Shown here: in pieces, positions 10,300-21,227 of the stretch
How positions within the stretch are numbered: position 1 is the first letter of the stretch
How the letters are laid out: each line of letters opens with the position of its first letter
Source: Macrostomum lignano
Lineage: Eukaryota
NCBI GenBank assembly: GCA_002269645.1
Contig: NIVC01002499.1
Coordinates: 62,001-126,000 of the forward strand
Length of the DNA stretch: 64,000 bases
Reading direction: 5' to 3'
Position numbers and translations under genes: made by a program
The notes under the pieces: model-generated
Seen by the model: the letters and a program-made list of their open reading frames with translations, nothing else
Told to the model about the DNA's origin: nothing
The model's database searches: none

Positions 10300-11742
10300 T
10301 CAGCCCCGCAGGCTCCTCTCCGACACGGACACGAAGACGCCGCCGCACCTCGCCGAGCGGCCGCTGTTCCACGCGTAGCTCGCCGCCTTGGCCAGCCGGG
10401 GCCGCGGGCTCGCGGGAGCAGCGCCGGCCACCCTGGCGAACACCCGCATGCCCTGGCGCAGCACCCGCTCCAGTTGGGCCCGGACAGCCGGCCGGCCAGC
10501 CAGGAGGCTCTTCACGCTGACCACCGGCAGGCCGCGGCGTCGGCTGCTGTCGGCCGAGAGGACGCGGCCGAACAGCGGGAAGCGCCGGGCGCCGGGCCGC
10601 GGCTGCACGGCGAGCTCCACGACTTGCTGGCCGCCACCGCCGCCGCGGCTGAACAGCGACTTGCGCACCGAGCCGCTTCCAAAGCGTTGCCATGACAACC
10701 GGGACACGCTTCCGGGCTGACCGACCAAGCGCCAGGGAGACCAGGTGAGAGCGGCCAGCCCAGCGGGCAGGTGCCTGTTGGAGCAGGTCTCCCGGCGAGT
10801 TCGGACCGCCCTGGCAGCCCGCGCCCGCGAAATTCTCGCAGCTGCCATGACGGGCTTCGTGACGGGCTTCGTGACGGGCTTCGTGACGGGCTTCGTGACG
10901 GGCTTCGTGACGGGCTTCTTCGCCTTTCCTGAAGTTCCGGCGGTCACCGCTTTGGCAGTCTTTGTTCGCCTCGCCGCAGTCTTTGTCCCAGTGGCTGCCC
11001 CGGACGGGTCGGCGGCGACGCTGCTGGCCGCCAGGGTGGCCGCCGACGATCGGCGCACGAGGCCCAGCATGGCGCTCACGTCGCCGGCCAGCGCGGCGCC
11101 GTCCCTGGCGCGCACCTCGCGCTCGTAGCCGTCGCGAAGGACGTCGTTGCCGCCCTCCCGGTAGGCGATGGCCATGAGGAAGTCGCGAACGCCCCGGAAC
11201 TCAGCCAGGGGGAGCCGCAGGCCGCCGGTCACCTTGGCGACGTGGTCCATGAAGCTCTGCGAGTTCTTGCTGCTGCCGCACTGCACGCAGTACACGGTGA
11301 CTCCCAGCTGGTGCAGCAACTCGGTCTCCGCCTTCCAGTCGATCTTGTACTTGTTCCTGGCGCTGCCCACCTCGTGCGGGAAGGCGTCGCCAACCAGCAC
11401 CAGAGCGCGGCTGCTGTGCGGGCGCCAGCTGAGGCGGGTGCGGGCCTGCTGCAGCACCAGCTCGTAGCACTCGGGCTCGTCCCTGCCGTGCGTGCCCTGC
11501 ACAGTCTTGGCGAACCGCACCAGGTCCGCTGTGGAGGTGCCGAAGTCGCGGATCTCCGTCTCGTACCTGTCCCCGTAGTCTCCGTGAGCGATGAGAGCCA
11601 CGCTCAGGTCCGGGATGTCGGTGGCGAGCCGCTGCAGCATCTCGGCGATGTTGCCGCGCACCTCGTTGATGACGGAGCCCATTGAGCCGGTCGTGTCGAA
11701 AGAGAAGGCCAAGTCCAGCGGCTGAGCTCCAGGGAGTGCCAT
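10300..11742 (-). CDS. Intronless 480-aa vWA-domain protein with a Lys/Thr-rich (PVTK)n linker and a C-terminal ET/GIY-YIG-like domain
   Basis: N-terminal LDLAFSFDTTGSM (MIDAS-type), LIAHGDY, EPECYE, LVLVGDAFPH: vWA type seen in vwkA-like proteins. C-terminal WSPW...VVELAV...SYAWN. GC-rich coding bias. Confidence 0.88.
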   Translation of the reverse strand: MALPGAQPLDLAFSFDTTGSMGSVINEVRGNIAEMLQRLATDIPDLSVALIAHGDYGDRYETEIRDFGTSTADLVRFAKTVQGTHGRDEPECYELVLQQARTRLSWRPHSSRALVLVGDAFPHEVGSARNKYKIDWKAETELLHQLGVTVYCVQCGSSKNSQSFMDHVAKVTGGLRLPLAEFRGVRDFLMAIAYREGGNDVLRDGYEREVRARDGAALAGDVSAMLGLVRRSSAATLAASSVAADPSGAATGTKTAARRTKTAKAVTAGTSGKAKKPVTKPVTKPVTKPVTKPVTKPVMAAARISRARAARAVRTRRETCSNRHLPAGLAALTWSPWRLVGQPGSVSRLSWQRFGSGSVRKSLFSRGGGGGQQVVELAVQPRPGARRFPLFGRVLSADSSRRRGLPVVSVKSLLAGRPAVRAQLERVLRQGMRVFARVAGAAPASPRPRLAKAASYAWNSGRSARCGGVFVSVSERSLRG

Positions 11743-11833
11743 GTCTTTATTTAGAAAGCGTTCGGTTCAGAGTCAGAAGCTTGGCAAGGTTTTGCTCTGT
11801 GTCTGAGCAGCTGGCCGGAGTCCGGAGGCTCCG

Positions 11834-11841
11834 CTTATATA
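11834..11841 (-). promoter_or_regulatory. TATA box of the vWA gene
   Basis: TATATAAG on the minus strand ~95 nt upstream of the ATG at 11742. Confidence 0.55.
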
Positions 11842-12431
11842 GACTTTTGCTGCGCGGGCGCCGCGTGTGGCGACACGCCGACTCAGTTTCTCTGCCTTCC
11901 TCCCTGATTGAACTCAACCCGTCCCGAAGCTAAAAATAGAAAAGCGGTGAGCTCCGCTGCCAGAGGTAGGGTTGGGGGCTGTACTCTGCTGCAGGTCTTT
12001 TCTCTGTAAAGAGAAAGCGCAGGCAAGCCAAAATCTTGCTGCGTGTGGCCACATGCGGATGATTTTAAGCATCAGAAATAAGTTAATTAAAAAAGAAACC
12101 GATCAAGTACTCGTACATGTATACGTTGATTAAAACAAAAGCTGAACAAACGTTTAGCTTGAAGCGACTTGAGAAGCTGCGGCACACTGCATGTTTATTT
12201 CTGGCCGCTTCAAAAGATAAGAAACAGCGAGGGCAGTTTTTTTACAAAATTTTGAAAACTCTCTGCTACATGTAATGTACATGCAGTTGTGTTTAGAGCT
12301 GGGTTATGATCACTAAATCTATCTAGCTGCATTTATGAACGAATAAGAGTTATTTATAAATAGCTTCAACCTCTATTACTTGTAGTTAGTACTGGTAGTA
12401 CAGAGCGTCCTTTTACTTCAGCTGTTCATGG

Positions 12432-13029
12432 TCAGCATTCCAAGGAGGCCAGCTCGGCCTCCGCCTTCGGCTTCTCTTCTTCTTTTCGTTGCTTCTGCTT
12501 CTTGCAGAGGTAGCAGCAGCAGGCGGTGATGAGGACGCTGCAGCCGGCACAGCAGGTGCAGAAGGCGATGGAGAAGTTGAGCACCAGCAGGGCGATGCGC
12601 ATGAGCAGGGTGAACCTGGCGAACAAGAACATGGGCTTGTAGCAGTAGCTGCCTGCGCTGGCGGGGATGGCGGTTGCGTTGCCAACGGGCGGCACCGAGG
12701 GCAACTCCGGCAGGGTGAACACCGGGTCGGTGCCGAAGACCCAGACGCAGCCGCAGATGAACCAGATGACGACGAACAGGTCCAGCAGCAGCAGCAGGCA
12801 TCCGCAGCAGGTGACTTCGTTCTTCCCGCCGGCTCCGGTTCGTCAGCAGGCTGGCCAGGTTGCTCACGGTCAGGACGATGCCAGTGCAGCCGGCCACCAC
12901 CAGGTAGACGGGCACCTTCGGCTGGGCCGGACAGTCGTACAGGTACATGGAGCCGACGACGATCTCGGCGACGCTGAGGCCCACGTCAGCCAGGATCAGG
13001 CAGAAGATGACAAAATTTCTGCAGCTCAT
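12432..13029 (-). CDS. TMEM272-like 4-TM protein, intronless, with an apparent 1-nt frameshift near 12830 (sequence error or pseudogene)
   Basis: Frame 1: VGSMYLYDCPAQPKVPVYLVVAG. After the shift: NEVTCCGCLLLLLDLFVVIWFICGCVWVFG...YCYKPMFLFA...ACCCYLCKK...SLEC*. Both halves carry TMEM272-family motifs. Confidence 0.8.
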
Positions 13030-16000
13030 GGCGGCGGCGGGAGGCGGGCACGTGGGGCTGCTTCACACTTGCAGCCAGGGCGCCCTAGCTGCTGACTTTT
13101 ATTTGGCATTTAGCAACCAGAGTGCGTATAAAGGCAGGGTCCATATGAAGGCAAGGTGCGTAATATAAAGGCAAGGTGCGTATAACAGGGTGCGAAACAG
13201 GCTGCTTTTTTCCAGAATTCAAACGGGGATATTTGTGTGCACTGTTTGATCCCGCGCTTGGCTTCGTTAAATGGAGCCTGGAACCTTCAACTGCCGCACC
13301 CTCATGGCCTGGCGCTGGGTGCGCTCTGGCAGCGTGCAGGGGACTCTTGAGCTGCGTTGGTTTGACTCTGGCTACTGTGAGCTGTTGTTTGACTCAAGGA
13401 TAGCGGTAACTTCCGGATAGTGGTCCTTGTCTCTATTCCTTCCGCCAAACTGTATAATATACATACATTGATCGATTTTGTAGCATAATAAAAGCTTTTG
13501 AATTACACCTACACATTTTATTTGATTAGCTGGGCTAAGCTGAGATGGGCAAGAATGATTTCAGTGATGTTAAGTTGTAACAGATTATTCTTTATACTTG
13601 CATGTCTACTGTGTAAGTGTAATATTCGAATGTGCAAGTATAATGTTAGCGAGTGAATGCTGCAATTACCCAAACATTTAAATTTCGTTTGCGGGATTTT
13701 TGGTGTTTAAACGTAACGTTTAACTTTAAATTATATACAAGTGGCAAACTATGCTGTCTACGCTACTATAACAACTAAATGGTTAAAAAGAATGTAAGAC
13801 GTAAGACTTCAAGTTCCATGCACAGACACGAAGTTCCACAAAACAACTTCCGGCTTCTTAATTTTAAAATCATTATAACTATTCTTCATTTCTACTAGCT
13901 ATTAAAAACGTACATACACTAATTAAAATTAATTACCCTTAAAAAATTAGGTAAAGATATCATTTGCTATATGATTTTGCGCGTTTTGCGGAAGGTAACA
14001 TACAGTTTTACTGCTCTTCTTTCGCCGAAATAGCTTTCGCTGATGTTGTCGTCTTTTCTATGAACGTCAGCCAGCCATCATCCATGAGCTCCATTTCATC
14101 CATGACCATGATATGCCATCTATGATATCACGAACCAGAGCCGTATATGTAATTCTAATATAAAAAACATTTTTGTTTAATAAGTAGATTCCCCCATATC
14201 CCAGACCCCAGCAGCCTAGTCAGTGTCAACAAACTAAACACTAGCGCGACTAGCTCCATTTTAGCGCCGCAATATTTTGAATGAAAGTGCCAAATTATTT
14301 ATTTAAAAATGCAAGAAATATTTTTGTATTCATTTACTATCAGTTTACTTATCAAATCACTTTAAAACCATAAAAAATCAATATATAAATATTCTTATCA
14401 AAGTTATAATATTGCAATAGGCTAATTTTTTGTCTTTAGTTTTTTATGTTTATTTATTTGTTAGATAAGAATGATAGGGCCTGCCCTATCAGAAAAGTCT
14501 TCATTTTGCATCGGGCATCCAGTGCACCTAAGAAAATTTAGCAAGAATAGCTATAGGCAGATGTGCACATGTGCTGGTGCACATTTAGCCAGAGCCTCAA
14601 GGGCCATTGCTTCCATCCCACTTGGCCCCCCACAATGCGGGCACAAGCAGAGCCAAGAAAGAGACAAGTCAGCCGCATCTTCAAAACCTATAGGAAATAA
14701 GTACATATGCATGTATATGCATATACATATGCTATAGCTAGGAAAGTGACAGTTTTTGGTGAACTTTCTGGCGCAAATTGGCCCTTTTTGGTACACATGG
14801 CGCACATGGGATACAAGGAAAAATTGGAAATGCTCTGGCGGTGCACATGGCGCATGGCGCTGAAAAAATATATAGTTAGGCCCCCTACACTTCGTTATAC
14901 TTTGCAAAATATATAGTGTCAGGCCTAATTCCATAATTCATAAAATAAAATGTTATATTATCAGAGTACTAAAATTATGTAAATCACAATATAAAATACA
15001 TAAAATGAAATTCAAATTTGTCTACCATAAATTCAAATTTGTTTACCAGTGAATTATTAATTACCTTACCTTACCTTATCATGGCGCGTTGCGGTGCACA
15101 AAATATTTTCTTCACGGCGCACGGCGCACAGTGCTCAAAAGCCATCAAAATAGTTCCGGTGTACACTGTGCCACCTTCCCGACTATAGTACACATGCACA
15201 CTTAGCCTATAAGCAAATGGCATCAAATGTGTCAACAATTTATCTAGAAATGTAGGCCTAGGTTTAACTTAGGTCTAGTTAAACTATATTATACTTTATT
15301 TGAACTTGCATATTAACCATGAAAAATTTTAAGGCAAAGAAAATTGAACAAAGTGTTACAAAGAGCTCATATACACATATTGTAATTGAAAAAATTCAAA
15401 CAATTAATGAAGAAAAAAGTTGATAATATAATTTTAAGATGCTATTTGCTAACTAGATCAGAGATTCTAATATACACAGTATATAACATTTGGTCAATTA
15501 TAGTTTGTTCCACTATAGCCATAGCTATGGCTATGTGATCCTATAGCAAATATGGTAAAATAGATGCCTCTGGCAGTTACAAATATGCCTATGGTAGCTA
15601 GTTGCTCTTATGGCTATGACTACGGAAATATGGTAGTTGCTGTCACATTTCATAGATTCTTGTAGCTATAGTTGTTAATTTAAAAAAATTGAAAAAAATA
15701 TTAGAAACAGGTAGAGTAAAACAAAGATACTTTAGTAAACTGTATTATCAAAGTAGAAACTTATAGAATATACCTAATAAAGTACAATAAAACACTAGCA
15801 AATTCTAATTTTTATCAATGTGAAAAAAGTTTAGCATTAGTACTTTTAGTAACAATTAAGCATTGTTGCTTTATAAAAAGATGAAATATAATCTTACAAA
15901 GGCAATCAAGTGTTTCTTATATTTTCTAACTTAATTTGCAGTTGTTTAAGCACCAGGTTATCCTCTTGATTTAAAATATTTTGTTTTCTAGACTTTTTGT

Positions 16001-16276
16001 TAAAACTACAGCTATGGCTATGGGAACTATGGGAATATGGTAATTTTGAGGTCCTTACGGCTACAGAATATAGAGAATTAGAATAACCCATAGTTTTGCT
16101 TATGGCTACAGCTACAGTACATGGACCCTCCTTATGTCAAAACACTAAATTATAAGATGTCTTGGGTGTATATATTTGACTCATCTGGAAATTAAAATCG
16201 ATTGGTTAAAACTACTTTTAAACAAGTTAAACACATGCATGTGTTCTGTTATTTTTTCTTTAAAGTTTGTTCACAT

Positions 16277-16445
16277 ACATGCTTGGGCGCAACCTAGGGA
16301 TTCACCTGGCCTGTTTCTATTGGCAACACAAATGTAAGTTGCTATTAGACGGAATAGTAGTCACATGACTGCTCTCAGCCAATAGCGACTTATATGTGTG
16401 TTTGCCAATAGAAATGGCTAAGTAATTCCCAAGGTTGCGCATGTA
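16277..16445 (+). mobile_element. ~170-bp palindromic MITE-like element, copy 1
   Basis: Long imperfect inverted arms (GCGCAACC..GGGA..TGGCC..TTTCTATTGGCAA / TTGCCAATAGAAA..TCCCAAGGTTGCGC); reverse complement of 19011-19180. Confidence 0.85.
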
Positions 16446-17697
16446 TTTTTGCACATCCTTTTGGAGCATGTCAATTAGGCCTAATTCATATTATATTATT
16501 CTCACTTGTTACCAAAGTGGCTATTCCTGAAATAGCTGTTACCAAAGTGGACTATTACTGTTCTAGATATCATAGAACATTGATGCCTTGCTATATGTTT
16601 GACCATTTGCTAACAATAGGCTAATTAGATGATAAGTTATTTGCCTATCTAAATAGTTATAATTATTCCCACCATTTACCTAGTTGTATATGCACATAAC
16701 TGTATATTATCTACAGCTTTTTTGTCTTTGATTCTATTCCCTGCTGCAAAATATGGTTGTTTCTTTGGCTGATTCCAAGCGGAAACACTGATGCTTCCAC
16801 ACACAAATCCTGCCCACACATAAAACCCTTCCAATGAGACGATTCTAGGTGCAAAAAACTGCCAAAAAACCCACCCAGTAAGAAAACAACCAAAAAACCA
16901 CAAAGAAAAGAGTTTCCAACCGAAAAGACCACCAAACACTTGGTGGTTTCTTTCAGAGATTCCAGCCATGTTGGAAATCGGAATTGACAAAGGAACCCAC
17001 CAAAAACTTTGGCAGGTTCTCACAAAGCTTTGGATGATTCCTGCAGAATCCACCATTTACTCTCTTTCAGGAAACTGCTAAGAGAATCAAATTTCATTTC
17101 ATTTTAGAGGCCATTCATTTGCTTGAAATGTTTACATGAAATATATGCTTATATGAAATGCTTAGCTATAATGCTTAAATGCTTAGCTATATGAAATATA
17201 TATAGCAAGTATGATTCAACTACATTTTCTTACTATACTGCTTATCAAAAGTTGTACTTCTTTTCTTCCATTTATTTATGCTGCCAAATTGAGACAACCT
17301 TTAGGCTCATTTTTGTTATTTTTGTAATGAAATTAATCTTTACTGATTACAGGACTAGTTTCCGCGATAATTCGACGTGATTTAGTCACTAGTTTGCAAG
17401 CAAGTTACTCCATACCATATAGTCAATTTTAGGCCTAGTTTCTTGACTTGTTTTTTATTCTGGCTGATGTAATGCAGTACATTTATATTTCTACGTCATA
17501 GATGGTCCCCAAAAAATTCAGCTAAATGAGCAACCGACTGCCGAGTTGTTTCATTTTGTAATTCGAAGGTTTTTGAATAAAAAGCATGCAAAGTAAACTT
17601 TAAACACAAATTCATTAAACTATATGTTGACTTTTCCCAGCAGATCCTTGTCAAAAAAACTCCTTTGGTTATTCCATCGGAAGATTTCATACATTCA

Positions 17698-18125
17698 CTA
17701 TGAGAGGAGAGAAGTGAGAGGAGATGGAAGAGAGGAAGGAGAGAGTAAAGAGGGGCAAGAGAAGCAGGAGGAAAGAGTAGAGGTGAGAGGAGGGAGAGAT
17801 GAAATGAGAGGAGAGAGTAGATAGGAGAAAGTAGAGAAGTGATAGAGGAGAGTAGAAGTGGGAGAGTAGAGAGATGAGAGAGGAGACAAGAGAGATTATA
17901 GAGTGGAGATGAGCGAGCAGAGAGAAAAGATGAAAGAGAGATAGAGATAGAGCTATGAAAGAGGAGAAAGGAAAGAAGAGAGAGCATAGATGAGATATGT
18001 GAGAGTAGACAACAGAGGAGATAGAAGAGAAATATGTAAGAGCAGAAAGGAGAGGCAATGGGAGAGAGAAGTGGAGTGAGGAGAGAGGATACAAGAATAA
18101 GTAGAATCGAGAGGATGTATTGCAT
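17698..18125. repeat. GA-rich low-complexity tract
   Basis: Purine-rich degenerate (GAGAG)n. Confidence 0.9.
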
Positions 18126-19010
18126 TATGGATGTAGTGTTGACTATGTAGTGCATTTATGCACGAGTTTTTTATGCCATCTGCTATAATCACATGTTATG
18201 TTCCATTTTTTACAACTTTGGTTTGGTCTACTAAAAATATAATATACTATTTTAATAATAAAAAGTGCACTATATTTTTGGCTTTAGCCTTGGAAAATGT
18301 GAACTCATGTTTTTTTACTGTTTGCACTTATTTGGATCATATTAAAATGCTTCAGGCTACCCTTGACTGTTGTAGTCTTTGTAATCAATGATTATTGAAG
18401 TAGGTGTTTTTTACAGATATAGTACACTTCTATGTTACTCATATTTTAACAATAAATTTCAACATTAACATGTATATTAAAATAGCATTAACCATTAATG
18501 CAATAATTGTGCTCTACAAAGGATCTGCAGAATAATTAGATTTCAATCATCATTCAATCATTGAAACAAAATCCACCCAGGAAACAGCCTAATGGCTGGC
18601 AGGTTCTTTGGCAGTTTCTGAAATGAAATCCACCCAAGAAACAGCCTAATGGCTAGCGGGTTCTTTGGCAGTTTCTGAAACGAAATCCACCCAGGCAATA
18701 TCCAAGTGTTAGGTGGGTTATTTGGCGGATTCAGCACATTTTATGCATTACATCCAGCTGATTATCGGCAGTTTCCTCTACACTACAGAGGTAGGCCTTC
18801 TTTGGCTGGTTTTCGCAGTAAAATTCCCGCCCAAAAAACCACCATATTTTGCAGAAGGCTAATAAAGTTAAAATACTACTCATGATTTTATCAACTGGCC
18901 ATTTTGTCAACTTGTACACAAATAAAATAGGATATTCATTTGTTTGGTTCTCTATCAATTCAATTTGTAATTGGGCAATTGAATTATATAGTGAATAAAA
19001 TCAATCATCA

Positions 19011-19180
19011 TACATGCGCAACTTTGGGAATCACCTGGCCGTTTCTATTGGCAACATACACATGTAAGTCGCCAATGGCTGAGAGCAGTCACGTGACTAC
19101 TATTCCGTCCAATAGCAACTTACATGTGTGTGTTGCCAATAGAAACGGCCAAGTGAATCCCAAGGTTGCGCCCAAGCATG
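19011..19180 (-). mobile_element. ~170-bp palindromic MITE-like element, copy 2 (inverted relative to copy 1)
   Basis: Reverse complement aligns end to end with 16277-16445; centred on GTCACGTGAC. Confidence 0.85.
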
Positions 19181-19403
19181 TCAATCATAGTATAGCTTTG
19201 GTAGGTTGCTATGCCTAACAGCCTAATATTAATTAGTAGTAAGAAAAACAACTTTATCATAATTATCACAATATGTTTTGTTATATAAGTGACATTATTA
19301 GGCAATTAGTATTAACAGATTAAATGAAAACTGTGCAAAAATATATGTGGGATATGAGAAAAAGGATAAAGGTTAACAAAAGTAGTAATAGATAAATGCA
19401 TAG

Positions 19404-20189
19404 GGGCCATTCCATATAATTATGGTTGTAACATAACAGACTATTTTTACTTACAAAATGAAATCTAATAATAGAATATACTAAACCTATATTTTGAATG
19501 AAAGATTATTTTGTCAGGAATATGTTTGTAAAGTTTCATATAGATATCATCATTAGTATAGATGCTATTAAACCTTGAATGGCACTTATGGTTGTAACAA
19601 TAGGATTTTTGACATATAGAAACTAAAAGGTAAAAGTCTTATAACATTTTTCATTTTTGATATTTTGCAAAAAAATTTTTTAAATTTGACTAAGAACATC
19701 TTTAGAAGTCATACTCTTTTATTAGAATATATAAACTCAAAAAGGCAACAAAGATACAAAAGAAAAGGCAGCCTTATGGTTGTAATTTTATGGTTGTAAC
19801 ATATTTTTTTCTGTCAATTCAGTAACTTTGAAGTACTAATATATTAAAAATATAATAGATTATATGGTTGCTAATGATTTTATCTGATGATGCAAGTACT
19901 ATAATTTTATATATAGTTTGTTTTAACCTTCAAAAGCTTTCTATTTGTTTTTAAAAGGTACATAAACTTAATGATGTCTTTCGCTTAGAAAATGTCCAAT
20001 TTTTGACAAAAATAACTTTTTGCCAATTGATAACATACTAATCCAACATTTTATCATTTATTTATTATTAGATTGTATACATTATATACAAAAAAGATTT
20101 GGTAAAAAAATGGCTGATAAGGCAATGACAAACAAAAATATTGACTTTTTTCTATTTTCCAAATATGTCTATCTTATATGGAATGGGCC
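19404..20189. mobile_element. ~790-bp non-autonomous DNA transposon with ~16-bp TIRs
   Basis: Left GGGCCATTCCATATAA and right TTATATGGAATGGGCC (1 mismatch); internal TATGGTTGTAA motif four times; no ORF; TSD unclear. Confidence 0.65.
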
Positions 20190-21227
20190 ATAGAATAAGA
20201 AAAGACAAGTTAGAAAATCTTAAAATGTACACTAGTGCCTTTGTTAAATATCTGGCTATTGAGGATAGGTTTAAGCTCTTTTATATACAATGCTTATAAA
20301 GTTAGTACTGTTGTCAATAATACTAAATTGGTCAATATGCTTGCATTGGGTATATTAGTTGCATATAAGAAGGTGATCATATACAGTAGACACTTTTGAA
20401 ATGCTCCTTTACTCTTATGTATAGGTGTCATTCTGTTTATCAATGTAAAACTGGCTCTGCTTAGCAACACACAAAAATTTGTAAATGACACTAGCACACT
20501 GTGGCATAAAAATAGTACATTTGAGGATTTAAGTAAATTGACCAACTTTCATAGTAGAAAAGTTTATGTTAATGTCAGTTTGCTAGTTTTATAGATAGCA
20601 TTTTGAAGTTTTTGTTTAAATTTAATGTGGATGGCTTCCCAAATAAATAGCAGAGTAAAATTGATTGTACTTTGTTTGGTTTTAAGCTAAACTTTTGGTT
20701 GATGAAGTTGTAGACCTTGGTTTTAAAAAACTTTTTAGGGTATTTAAAAAACAATTACCCAATATATATTATATCTTAGGGAATAGAATTATATCTATTA
20801 TTGCTCAATAGATATAATAGATAGATATAATAGAATTATATCTATTCCCTATTGGAGCAATAGATTTTTTATATGGATTACATCCTGCATAGATAAAGAA
20901 ATCAATTGGTGTACCTGCATGCTTAAACATGTTTAAAATCCTAAATTTCAAACTAATTCATAAGGCTTCTTAAAAGCCTGAAAGAATTCACTATACCTTA
21001 GTCGATAGATAGTTAAGATTAGAAAGGTGAGAGGACATGAGTACAGAACAATTTTTTTGCTATTTATTGACCCTATTGTTGTATACTTGTAACATGTAAC
21101 ATTACTTGTATCATTAAAGCACTATTTTTGTATTAGTGCCACCTTCTAATGCGACACTTGGCTGGCTATATCTCTAATGTAAGATTTATGTATGAATTCA
21201 TATATGGTAGTCTCTGCAATTCATTGC

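Larger units (their letters stand above)
13400..21150. other. AT-rich island between divergent genes, containing degenerate DNA-transposon-like pieces
   Basis: Visibly much more AT-rich than the flanks, no credible ORF, contains MITE-like and TIR-bounded elements. Confidence 0.8.

Noticed and set aside
16676-17056. 126-aa Trp/Phe-rich ORF in the AT-rich island
   Set aside because: No recognisable domain, host-atypical codon usage, and it overlaps degenerate repeat motifs.
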